DNA of 64,000 bases from positions 34,224,001-34,288,000 of the forward strand of contig OX597819.1 of NCBI GenBank assembly GCA_951406725.2, written 5' to 3'. The position numbers were made by a program, and so were the translations under genes. The DNA is from Octopus vulgaris (taxonomy: Eukaryota). Below, piece after piece: positions 12,461 to 24,680 of this stretch; the stretch's first letter is position 1, and each line of letters starts with the position of its first letter. The notes beneath the pieces were generated by a model. That model saw nothing but the letters and a program-made list of their open reading frames with translations, did no database searches and was not told where the DNA came from.

Positions 12461-12794
12461 AGTACTATTTTGACAACATTTCAGTGTTAGATACTTGGCA
12501 GGTTGGAAAATTGGAAAAGAAGGATAAACAAGCAAGAATTATGGTTGAATGATTATTACAGAATAATAATGCTGAACTATTAAAAAGAAAAGAAAATCCA
12601 TGTCTGATATCCCAAGGCAAGTTGCAATATACCACACTTAAATAAACTACATTATATGTTTTTATTAACCAAGCTCATTACAAAACCAGATACCAACAGT
12701 TATAGTGATGGTGTTAGTAAATGTATTTAGCTATGGAAAGGAGATAAAAAAAAAACAATGCACCTGTAAACAATTTAATGAATTAACAAACTGT

Positions 12795-13907
12795 AGGCAG
12801 GGACATGACTGGGTGGCAAAAAGGTTGGTTCCCATCCACATGGCTCTGGGTTCAGTCCCACTGCAAGTGTCTTCCGCTATAGCCTCAAGCCAACCAAAAC
12901 CTTGTGGGTAGATTTGGTAGATGGAAGCAGAAAGAAACCTGTCATGTGCGTGTGTGTGTGTGTGTTTGTCCATCACCACCACTTTACAAATGGTGTTGGT
13001 GTGTTTACATCCCTATAACTTAGCAATTTAACAATAGAAACAAATAGAATAAGTAACAGGCTTAAAACATAAAAATAAGCATAGGGATCGATTCATTCAA
13101 CTAAAATTCTTCAAGGTAGTGTCCCAGCATGCTGGTTTGAACCCAAAACCACATGGTTATGAAGCAAAATACATAATCACATAACCATTTCACTACCCTA
13201 TCACAGACTTCCTATCCAGAGAGATTTACTTTGTATCTGCTTGATTCCAAGAAAAAGACTGAAGTAAAGTACTGGCCTTTGGTGCTTTGGAAAGATATGT
13301 ATAAAGATATTTACACAAATAATATACAATATAGCGCAGGAGTGGCTGTGTGGTAAGTAGCTTGTTTACCAACCACATGGTTCCGGGTTCAGTCCCACTA
13401 TGTGGCACCTTGGGCAAGTGTCTTCAACTATAGCCTCGGGTTGACCAAAGCCTTGTGGGTGGATTTGGTAGACGGAAACTGAAAGAAGCCCGTCGTATAT
13501 ATGTGTATATATATGCATGTGTGTGTTTGTGTGTCTGTGTTTGTACCCCTAGCATTGCTTGACAATGCTGGTGTGTTTATGTCCCCGTTACTTAGTGGTT
13601 CAGCAAAAAGAGACCGATAAAATAAGTACTGGGCTTACAAAAAGAATAAGTCCCGGGGTTGAGTTGCTCGATTAAAGGTGGTGTTCCAGCATGGCCACAG
13701 TCAAATGACTGAAACAAGTAAAAGAGTAAAAGAGTAAATATAAATAGGTGCAAGTGTGGCTATGCAGTAAGAAGCTTGCTTCTGAACTGCATGGTTCCAT
13801 GTTCAGTCCCACTGTGTGGCACTTCAGGTCAGTGTCTTCTGCTATATCATCAGACCAACCAAAGTCTTGTGAGTGGATTTAGTAGGCAGAAACCGAAAGA
13901 GGCCCAT

Positions 13908-13976
<69 letters not shown>

Positions 13977-14165
13977 CTGTGACTAACGCATGGCAACTGG
14001 GGTTTGTGTGTTTACATCCCTGTAACTTAGCGGCTTGGCAAAAGTGACTGATAGAATAAGTACCAAGCATAGCAAAGAAATTAAGGACTGGGGACAACAC
14101 ATTCCACTAAAATTTCTTCAATCCAGTGCCACAGTATAATGACTGAAACAAGTAAAAGATAAAAA
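12795..14165 (+). mobile_element. Cluster of three SINE family A copies (12795-13130, 13333-13737, 13746-14165)
   Basis: Repeated GGTTCAGTCCCACT...GTGTCTTC..CTATA and GAATAAGTAC motifs. The middle copy is near consensus. Confidence 0.85.
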
Positions 14166-15003
14166 TATTCTCTGTCTGTCTGTCTTCGGTCTGTCTTTCT
14201 CTTTCTTTCTCTCATACACACACACACACACACACACATGATATCAATACTGACTTTTTAAACCAATGATGTTAGTGTCTAAATTTGTAGAGCTATACAA
14301 CCCAATCATAAGCAAATTTACTTTCAGGAATTTTACTACTAATATAGAAGGTATTGCTAATTCCCAGCATTCTATGTTGTCAGCGTTTCAAGCCAATATT
14401 GGTCCATTTTGCACCAATTTCTCATTTATCACAGAACTATTCTGTCTGACAGGCAGCTCACTTCTAACCAATCTCTACTGGATGTTCCTTTTGATTATAT
14501 GTTTGATTAGAGGTGATGGAGAGAAACAGGGAATGGCACAGGAGAGAGAGACAGACAGACAGAGAGACAGAGACAGAGAGAGACAGAGAGAGAGACAGAG
14601 AGAAGATAGAAAGACAGTAAAATGATGAAAAAAGTTATTTAATGTTTTCACTCTTCCAATTAGCTTCCTTATCACCCACATCAGACAATGTGTCTCTCTG
14701 CATATATATATATATATATATACACACACTTATGTATTGGTGTGTGCATGTGTGTGTGTGCATGTGTGTGTGTGTGTGTGTATGAATGAGTGGACAAACC
14801 AAAGAAAGTGGCACTCAACACATTTGGTAAGAGTTACATATATATTATTCATTTAATAACAGTTTGATTTGGCTCCATGCAACTTAAAATTTCATAGGCT
14901 TGTCCATTGAACCTGTGTGTGTGTGTGTGTGTATGTGTGTGTGTATCTATATAAATATATATTTATATGTGTGTGTATGTATATATATATATGCATGAGT
15001 GTG

Positions 15004-15034
<31 letters not shown>

Positions 15035-16265
15035 GCTTGTGTATATGTGTGTGTATGTGTGGTGTGTTGGTGTGTGTATATATATCTATATATATATATA
15101 TATAATAACTGTTCTTCATATCCTAGATCATGAAAGAGACCAAGAAGCACTTTGTATATACATATATATATATACATGCACACACACATAGGCACACAAA
15201 CACACAGGCATACACATATATGTATATACATATATATATACTTGTGTGCATCAGAGAGTAATGTATAAATGCAAGCAAGAAGTGAAGAGGCACCACACAA
15301 TATCAAAAGAATATTATATTTACTGAAGATAACATTTCAAGTTACATAACTTAATATTTCATCTGGGAATTTGAGATGTGAAATGTTGAGTTACATAAGG
15401 TCAAATATCAGCATTAATAAATGTAATATTATATGTGTGTGTGTGTGTATGTGTGTGTGTGTCCATTTATCCATCTACATCATCGTTTTTACATCTGTTT
15501 TTCCCATCTGGCATGGGTTGGATGAAGTTTGTAGTGGAGAAATTCTACTGTCAAATGCTTTACATGGTAATTCTCTATTTCAAATATGGTAGGTACTTCC
15601 ATTCCACATCTATGCAACTTTGAATCACTTAGTTACCAGATATTTGTTTATGCAAAACACAAATACATATCACTGCTACTAAAGAAGTGTTCAATGCACA
15701 AACATATGGAAGCAAAGCATAAGCACACAAATGCATACACACACAAATGCATACACACACACACACACATACACACACATACACACACACACGTGTGCTC
15801 ACGCAAACACATACACTAACATACACACACACACGCACACACACTCACACACATAAAGCTATATTATTGCCAACTATGAGAAAATGACATCTAGATACTA
15901 TCTTCCCATGAGGCATTATATATTGATCAGAACAATCTGGAAATTCACCATCATCATCATCATTATCATTTTACATCTGTTTTCCATGATGGCATGGGTC
16001 GTACTGTTCAACAGGAACTTGTAAGTCAGAAGACTGCATCACTCATTGCCTTTTGCTTCGGCATAGTTTCTACAGTTGGATGCTCTTCCTGGCACCAACC
16101 ATTCTTCAGAGTGGACTGGATGATTTTTATGTGACACCAGCAGCCGTGAGGTCACTGAGTAACTTGCAGAACAAGACTCCCTTGACTGAGGAACAGAAAT
16201 AGGAGTTTTGCATTAGAAGGGAAACATGGTTGCATCAGGTGGGAGTAGAGTGGTAAGAAAGGGGA

Positions 16266-16500
16266 AAGGCAGCAAGCTGGCAGAAACGCTAGCACGCCGG
16301 ATGAAATGCTTAGCGGTATTTCGTCTGCCGTTACATTCTGAGTTCAAATTCTGCCGAGGTCAACTTTGCCTTTCATCCTTTCAGGGTCAATAAACTAAGT
16401 ACCAGTTATGCACTGGGGTCGATGTAATCGACTTAATCCCTTTGTTTGTCCTTGTTTGTCCCCTCTATGTTTAGCCCCTTGTGGGAAATAAAGAAATAAG
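16266..16500 (+). mobile_element. SINE family B (full length)
   Basis: GGCAGCAAGCTGGCAGAAACG head; GAGTTCAAATTC box-B-like motif; central GTCAACTTTGCCTTTCATCCTTTCAGGGTCAATAAACTAAGTACC; AATAAAGAAAT tail. Confidence 0.9.
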
Positions 16501-16627
16501 AAAGGGGAAAGTGAGAGAGAGAGAAAGAAAAGATTGTAATAATGTTGAGTGGGACAGGAACTCAACAAGTAAAATGAAAATATCAGCAGAAAAAGAAGAC
16601 CTTATTGAGACTCATGGGTAAAAATAA

Positions 16628-16733
16628 TATTGGTGGAACTTAAGATTTAAAACAACCGCCAAGTTAAAATACGATCAACCAGATACTGTTGTGTGGGACC
16701 ACAAGGATAAAACGTGCTCTGTTGTGGAAATCA
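16628..16733 (+). mobile_element. Restriction-like endonuclease fragment of an RLE-type non-LTR retrotransposon
   Basis: Translates YWWNLRFKTTAKLKYDQPDTVVWDHKDKTCSVVEI, matching the (H/Y)xRPD..x12-14..E pattern of R2/R4-group endonucleases. Confidence 0.6.
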
Positions 16734-16744
16734 TCTCCCTTGTT

Positions 16745-17140
16745 CTTTTCGGTTTGAATGGCAGTTTTTTCTAGTGGTGTCATATGAAATTGTCACCCAT
16801 AATTATGACCCTAGTATCGATCTATTCCATTTCAATCTGTTTTAGGTTTAGGGTATCTTTTTTTCTTCACAAATGTAAATAAACCCATTCTGTTTCTTAA
16901 ACAAAGGACATATTCATATGGTACAGAATGTTTTTTTTACCTCAATAGATGTCAGTGATTGGTTCAAATAGCAGAAATTGAAGAAAAAAAACAACAAATA
17001 TCTTACAAACTATAGAATTTTCTCAATAAAGCCAAGAGAAAAAGATGTTTTATAAACACATTCTACCAGTATACGAAGTTTACAATTTTTTAGTTACCTA
17101 GAAATTATGTTAAAAACTGCCGTTCAAACCGAAAAGGTCC
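16745..17140. mobile_element. MITE with ~25-bp TIRs
   Basis: CTTTTCGGTTTGAATGGCAGTTTTT ... AAAAACTGCCGTTCAAACCGAAAAG, flanked by the direct repeat CATCTCCCTTGTT. Confidence 0.9.
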
Positions 17141-17372
17141 CATCTCCCTTGTTCTTTTGTTCATCTTGAGGAACTTCTTAGACCTGTGTATACGTCATAT
17201 ACTCAACCCTATAATTACCTCTGGTTGTTTATCATTTACCCTCACCCTCTCTTGCGCTGTTGGTACAAAAAAATACATCCAGTAAATTCTATAAAGCGAT
17301 TGGTGCTAGGAAAAGCATCCAGCCATGGAAACAGTACCATAAAAATGAAACTCATGAACACACAACACGCAC

Positions 17373-17430
<58 letters not shown>

Positions 17431-17880
17431 ACATGGATATATCCATAGAGCTTTCTGTTAAATCTTTACCTGAAGAAATATTTCATTATATTTAGAAGCC
17501 ATTTATTTCCAAAATCAATATAATAGCGTCTTACTGTATTTTGATGTTAAATTGTATCTTCATTGTTAATCTCTGAGAGTGGAAGCTCTCTCATGTAAAA
17601 GTTTTACATATTGAAAGAATATAATTGAATCATACATGTTTCAGTTGTTTATGATATTTTACAATATTACTTAACATATTTTTACTGTATATGAAAATCA
17701 CCTTGCTTTTTCACATGAAACTTTTTACTTTCAACAGTTCATTGATGATGGAGACACATAAATATATATGCTTTTTTTATGCTGCACGTGACCTAGTGAA
17801 ATATATCATATCTGGGGAATATACATGCGCACATACACATGTTGACACATACATATCCACACACACAAACATGTATACAA

Positions 17881-17913
<33 letters not shown>

Positions 17914-18351
17914 AGTGTGTGTCTATGTTTCTCCATCATCAGTGGATAGCATAAGAAGTAAGATTCATACCTGATCACTTAGTCATTCTTGTATATTATA
18001 TTTTCACTCTGAAACCCTGAAACTGTTTATTTTTGTTGAGTGCTTAGGTAAAGGTATACACAAAAGATAATCTCTTTATAAAGTACATATATATCAATTT
18101 TACAGATACACATCATCTGTTTCAGCAAGTTGCTTTGTTTTTTTTTTTAATTAGAGGATGTAAACCTCTGCTGTCTATCATTTATTTCTCTCTTTTCGAT
18201 TTTTCCAAGGACACTGTCTAAAATGTTATTGTATCCTTTTTAAGCGATTTTACTACTTAATATAAGTCTTGCTGTCAGAGATCAACACCAACCTCTTTAG
18301 AGTTTGTTTGACCATACAAATAAGCTCTCGCCCCGTGTGTATATATATATA

Positions 18352-18764
18352 TAGTTGAAATTTACAGGAAAACAAAAGACAAAGACAGGTGTATGAACAA
18401 TAAGCAGGTGTATTAGTTTGATGCTCAGGAAAGTGAGAAAGTCTTTTATGCTTCAAGCCTGTGCTCTTCAACAGAAAGGAATAAGAGAAAATAAACAGAG
18501 AGAGAATAAAAAAACTTCTGGATTTAGCAGCCAAGCATATATATATATATATATATATCATGTATGAACCGTTAATGTTGAACCGTTAATCCCTACACAT
18601 CTTTTTTATTCTCTCTCCCTCTTTTTTCCCTCATAATCCTTTCTGTTGAAGAGCATAGGCTCAAAACATCAAAAACTTCTCCATTCTTTCTGGGCTTTAA
18701 ATTAATACACCTGCTTGTTGTTCCTTCACCCGTCTTTGTCTTCTGTTTTCTGTAAATTTGAACT
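18352..18764. mobile_element. Two divergent P1 Penelope-like fragments in inverted orientation around (TA)n
   Basis: 18352-18535 (-) and 18575-18764 (+) are reverse complements of each other. Each has CTTTCTGTTGAAGAGC...GCT.GAA/AAA. Confidence 0.75.
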
Positions 18765-19740
18765 ATGCATGGCCTCTGCAGTCACAACCCATGTTTCACT
18801 ACTGTGCGAACTGCCATGCTTCACGGTAGTGAAACATGGGCTGTGACTGCAGAGGACATGCGTAGACTTGAAAGGAATGAAGCTAGCATGATCTGCTGGA
18901 TGGGTAATGTCAGTGTGTGCGCACGACAGAGGGTAAGCATCCTGAGAGAAATGCGGGACATAAGAAGCATCAGATGTGGTGTGCAAGAGCGACGCTTGCA
19001 ATGGTATGGTCATGTACTGTGGATGGATGAGGAGAGATGTGTGAAGAAGTGCCACTCCCTAACAGTTGAAGGTATCAGGGGGAGAGGTAGACCCAGGAAG
19101 TCATGGGATGAGGTAGTCAAGCATGACCTCAGAGCGTTGGGCCTCACAGAGGCAATGGCGAAGGACCGAGATCTCTGGAGATATGCTGTGACTGCAAAGA
19201 CCCGGGCTGCTTCCTACACCAGTTCCGCATAGCCCCTGCCCATTCAAAGTACCTTGGATTCCAGAACATCCCGCTGTGCTTGAGGAGACCTGTTGAGTCA
19301 AGTACATGAACATCGAAATAAATATCAATGGAAATAGTAGTTGTGATACCTGTGCCGGTGGCACATAAAATGCACCATCCGAATGTGTCCATTACCAGCG
19401 CCGCTTTGACTGGCTTCTGTGGCGGTGGCACATAAAAAGCACCATCCGAACGTGGCCAATGCCAGCGCTACCTTGGCTGGCTTCCATGCTGGTGGCACGT
19501 TAAAAGCACCAACCGATCGTGGCTGATGCCGGACACCCCTGGCACCTATGCAGGTGGCACATAAAAAGCACCCACTACACTCGCGGAGTGGTTGGCGTTA
19601 GGAAGGGCATCCAGCTGTAGAAACACTGTCAGATCAGACTGGAGCCTGGTGCAGCCCCTGGCTTCCCAGACCCCGGTCGAACCGTCCAACCCATGCTAGC
19701 GCGGAAAACGGACATTAAACGACGACGATGATGATGATGA

Positions 19741-19743
<3 letters not shown>
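18765..19743 (+). mobile_element. 5'-truncated RTE-clade LINE (RT C-terminus, repetitive 3'UTR, (GAT)n tail)
   Basis: ORF contains VRTAMLHGSETW, RRLQWYGHV, RGRGRPRKSW and DRDLWR, typical of RTE. The 3'UTR has repeated GGTGGCAC.TAAAA.GCACC units. Confidence 0.95.
18803..19232 (+). pseudogene. RTE ORF C-terminal remnant (post-RT domain)
   Basis: Part of the ORF 18765..19232 in the track. Its first codons derive from an inverted duplication. Confidence 0.85.
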
Positions 19744-19824
<81 letters not shown>

Positions 19825-21260
19825 ATAAACACACACAGAAAGGCCAAACAGGTACACAGGGGTAGGATTATATATCTATGCGAATTAAATAAATAGGGAG
19901 AAATGGATCTTGACTGTAAAGAAAACATATAATGTTTACTACATGTCTCTTCAAGGAATATCTCTATATTTCAGTGATTAGTCACCTTGTCAGCCACTGT
20001 TGAACTAAAAACAGTTAGTCATTTAACCACACAACACAGAGCAGCTGTTGACAGTATGAGTGGTTAGCACACATACACATACACAAACTCAAACATACAT
20101 GCATACATATAGATAGACATTTTATGAGACCTGAATAATAGGACTACAACCATTCAGGAGCACCACCTCGAAGGATTTAGTTGAACAAATTGACCCCAGT
20201 ACTTCTTCTAAAGCCTGATACTTATTCCTTCAGTTTTTCTGAGCCACTGCTACAGGAATATAAACAAACCAACACTGGTTGTAAAGCAGTGGTGGGGGAC
20301 AAGTACAAATACTTGTCACACACACACACACACAAACACACACATGGTAGGCTTCTTTCAGTTTCCATTAATCAAATTCTCTCATAGGAGTTCACTATAG
20401 CCTGGGGTTATAGTAGAAGAAACTTGCCAAGGTGCCATGCAGGGGTACTGAACCCTGAAACATGCAAATAAAACATCAAACTTCATGCCACACAACCACA
20501 CCTGTGCCTATTCAAATATTTACCATCATCATCGTAATTACTATTGTCATTAACAAACACAAAGGCACACATTAACAGACACAAACATTTGTAAATATGT
20601 AAATAGGTAAAAAAAAAAAAAAAAAAAAGGAGAAAAAATGGGGGAGATTTGATAGGTACTTTTAACAACAACTGTTGTGATATTTCTCTTCTTTCTGCAA
20701 TTTATCTGAGACATTTCATCAGAAATTAATCCCATGAGGACGACAAACTGAGAAGAAAAATAAAGTAACAATTTTCGAATAATGGCCAACGATGGAAGAA
20801 AGAAAACAGAAAATACTTTTACAATGAAGACGTGAATGGAAAGAGATGATACTAGAATTTCATAGGTAATTAAAGATGGATAAAAGTATTTAGTGAGAAA
20901 ATGAAGACGCTGAGTGAAATGGCAATAAAAATCACATAAGGATGAAACTAAACTGCATATAAAGAAAGTGAAAACTAAGTTTGGAAGAAATAAATTCCAG
21001 AAGAGTTTTCTTTGTCACATATCAAATGAAGTTTCAGAAGTTAAACAAAGACAATAAATAAAAGGATTAACTTTAACCTGTTTTCGAATGTAGATACATG
21101 GATCTTCTTTCAATACATACATTATAAATGTTTATATGAATGTGTGTGTGTGTGTGTGTGTGTAGCTGTGTGGTAATAAAAAGCTTACTTCTCAACCATC
21201 TGGTGCGGGTTCAGTCCCACTGCATGGCATCTTGGGCAAGTGTCTTCTACAATCGTTTCC

Positions 21261-21492
21261 ATATCAATCTTCATTCAAATTGCAATTAAAATTGCATTAT
21301 GAAATAACAAATGTAGATATTTCTTCAGGGCACACACATACATAAATAAACACATACTGCTATTTTAGTCTGTGGATGAACGCTCAGTCTAGTAGGATGT
21401 AAAAACAAATGTGTCGATTTTCATCCTGAAGAAATATCTACCTTCGTTATTTCATAATGCAATTTTAATTGTAATTTGAATGAAGATTGATA
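21261..21492. repeat. Foldback insertion (~70-bp arms) truncating a SINE A head
   Basis: ATATCAATCTTCATTCAAATTGCAATTAAAATTGCATTATGAAATAAC..TAGATATTTCTTCAGG pairs with CCTGAAGAAATATCTA..GTTATTTCATAATGCAATTTTAATTGTAATTTGAATGAAGATTGATAT. Confidence 0.9.
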
Positions 21493-21816
21493 TAGAATGA
21501 TCATAGGCATATATAATTAACAAAATGTAAATAAATTGATTAAGATCTTTTCAAACTCTCCATTTTCTTTATGATATATTTCTATAGCTATACCCACATA
21601 CGTTGATGAGAAGTAAACATCTTTACAAAATACTGGAACTCCAAAATGTGTATAATACTGGTGTGTAATAAATAATAGACACTAATTCTACCACAGAAAA
21701 GCAGGATTCCAGAAAGTTCATCGATGTGTATGGTAAAACCAGAAGACGCTTGGTGGTTGACATCCCTTTAAAGAGGAATCTATCTCCTGACAAAATCTCA
21801 CTTACAATAATTACAT

Positions 21817-21861
<45 letters not shown>

Positions 21862-22306
21862 GATATATATATATAATATCAGCAACAATTTAGATTCAAA
21901 TGAATATGGTACTTAATTTAGATGCACCAGGAATTTTGTATGGTGTTACCCATAAAAATTTGTGGGGTGATTATAATTAAAAATAAGCAACAAGAATGAA
22001 TCCGGTAATTTTGTACAATTGTTTCATACTACAACATTTTATTAAAAGCTGTAAATATTACAGCAGATTTAAGATGCTGAGTAATCTTCAGCTAATTTAT
22101 ATAGGTTTTCCAATAATATAAAAGTTTTTAAATCAAGTAATAACATCTTAGGGAAGGTAAATATACAGATAAAGATGTAGATATGAATTTTAGGAACATG
22201 AGGTTGTGTGGTTCAGATGCTAACAGTTAGTTTAACTGTTAAAGGGCTAAAGATGTCTGGATACTTTTTTTGCTTTCTCTTCCCTTCAAACTCTTCTCTG
22301 TAGCAG

Positions 22307-22598
22307 CTTTATTCTTTTACTTATTTCAGTCATTTGACTGAGGCCATGCCGGAGCACCACCTTTATAGTCGAGCAAATCAACCCCAAAGCTTATTCTTTG
22401 TAAGCCTAGTACTTATTATTCTATTGGGCTCTTTTGCCGAACTACCAATTTATGGAAACGTAAACACACCAGCATCAGTTGTTAAGCGATGCTGTGGGGA
22501 CAAACAGACATACAAACATATACACACACACATTTAGATATATACATACATATATATATACATATATACATACACACACGCATACATACATACATACA

Positions 22599-22630
<32 letters not shown>

Positions 22631-22790
22631 CGACAGGTTTCTTCCAGTTTCCATCTACCAAATCCACTCACAAGGGTTTGGTTGGTCCGAGGCTATAGTA
22701 GAAGACACTTGCCCAAGGTACCATGCAGTGGGACTGAACGCGGGACCACATGGTTGGTAAGCAAGGTACTTACCACACAGCCACTCATTC
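22307..22790 (-). mobile_element. SINE family A with (CATA)n internal repeat
   Basis: Matches the family consensus. Confidence 0.9.
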
Positions 22791-22989
22791 CTTCATTGAT
22801 CTTGCATGATTCTTTCAAGATTTAGATCTTAATCCATAAGTTGCTGCTTTAATTCTCCCCCAATGGAAATGATGATTTGTTGGGGAGACTGCAAATTCAT
22901 TTCTCTTTTGCCGCATTTTCTCCCTCTGTACATTCAACTTTGTATTTCTCTGCACACTGTTCAGGAAAGCTGATGATGTCTTGCAAAGA

Positions 22990-23345
22990 ACTTGCACATG
23001 CAAGTGCTACCAGTCAAAAACTCCGTATACCGGAAGCCAGCAAGTGTATGGGGTCATCAGGAGACAATGTGTGCCGTTTCGGGGCCTACCTCTCGACAGC
23101 ATCAATGTGCACCGGCCCCCTCACTGATATGAGGCCCGCTTGCTAGATCAGCTGGTTATCAAATAAAGCTCAATATCCTTCTAGCCATCGCTCATCATCT
23201 CTTTTCAACCAAATCCAGTGGCTAGCCTTCTCCACTGTGTATTGGATATCGGTCATGGTGGTATTGACTTTACGATGAGTTAGTCCTAGCGATAACAACA
23301 GTCGTCTCACACTGTGTCCAACAAACCCTCTACTAATATCACCCA
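22990..23345 (-). mobile_element. 3' end of a HERO-like RLE non-LTR retrotransposon
   Basis: Translates ...RGFVGHSVRRLLLSLG...EKASHWIWLKRDDERW, the C-terminal signature of HERO/R2-group elements, followed by a GC-richer 3'UTR. Confidence 0.75.
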
Positions 23346-23399
23346 CCTTTTCACGATGCAAATCCAATAAACCTTATGCATTTGTCAAATCTATTTCAT

Positions 23400-24680
23400 C
23401 AAAGTTGAATTCATCTGCAAAGGTAGTAATCTTATCAACAATTGCAGCTATTTGTTGACTAAATTCTGGCAAATCATTCACACAATGCAGCAAAGATTTG
23501 TTTCAAACAGCTCTCATGTTGTTTGACATCACTCAATGCCAAGACTCTCAAATGCTTTTAATTACATTTTAAATGCTTGAATTTTCTCTAGAACTCAGCC
23601 ATTGAAGCCAAGTTATCACTCATAGTAGCCTGTATTGCTTATTCAGATGTGATCTTCACATAATTGGTTTCGAACTTTGCTATTATCCTGAACCTATAGG
23701 TTACCAAGTAGATATTGTATTAAGGAGCAAAAACAATCTTCACAATTTTACACAATTCCCATATAGCAGGATTATGTCTAGAAGGATTATCAAAAAGATA
23801 CATTTATGAATTTGTTTTGCAATATTCCTGATGTGAAATCACATGCTGGAACATATTTTTCTTTTTGCTCTTTACCCACTTATTCATCATCATCATCATC
23901 ATCATCATCGTTTAACGTCTGCTTTCCAAGCTAGCATGGGTTGAACGATTTGACTGAGGACGGGCAAACAAAATGGCTGCACTAGGCTCCAATCTGATCT
24001 GGCAGAGTTTCTACAGCTGGATTGTTCTTATTATATTTTATGTTCATTGTCTGGAAATCTTTCATCACACATTTGTGACCTCTTCAGTGACTCTTTTCAT
24101 CCACATGCTTTCTCCTACTCTGCCTAGTCCATTCTAGAGAAGCACTGATTATCCAGAAGCAAGCTAGATTATTGAAATTAGATTATTTTGATTACAATAT
24201 TTTTCACTGTTGAGAAAATCTTTGACAAAAAAATTCTTCAACCCACACTTTTTCACTCGAATGCTAGATGACTGATATTCTTTGTTACTTGTAGCCTCTG
24301 AATGCGGTTGGGTTTTTGTATATGATTCATTACCATTCGTTTTAGTTTGAGATTACCATCTGCAATTCCTATCACGTTGCCCTGGGTGTTTTAAATGCCT
24401 CAAAAAGCAGTTTAGACTGCACAAGAAGGTGATTTTTCACAATTCAGTGTGATTCTGTCTTTTAACATTTTATAGCCAGAAGCAGTTTTTACTTTCTTTT
24501 TCTTCTTTAGCAATGAAAGTCTTTGTGACTGTATGCTTCCAGAATAAAGCAGTCTCATCTATATTGAAGATTTGTCTGTCATCATCATAGCTTTCTTCTT
24601 AGGTAAAGCTTTTGAAATTCTGTTCTAAATTTTTCTGTGGAAAATTCACCTCAAATTCTTGCATTGTGTAATCCAGACTG
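23400..24680 (-). pseudogene. Decayed pogo/Tigger (DDE_1, CENP-B-like) transposase
   Basis: Minus-strand fragments read QIFNIDETALFWK, SGYKMLKDRITL, DGNLKLK and FDNPSRHNP. Multiple stops and frameshifts; interrupted by an RTE 3' end at 23885-24022. Confidence 0.8.

Noticed and set aside
17463-17485. Minus-strand TTTCTTCAG|GTAAAG
   Set aside because: Short pyrimidine tract and weak donor.
19345-19575. Regularly spaced GGTGGCAC.TAAAA.GCACC repeats with variable spacers, superficially CRISPR-like
   Set aside because: They are part of the RTE 3'UTR, the spacers resemble one another, the context is eukaryotic, and there are no cas genes.
23050-23086. Minus-strand GAAAC..GTC-TC-CTGATGA in the HERO-like 3'UTR as a hammerhead
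   Set aside because: The core words are present, but stem I is absent and stem II cannot pair.
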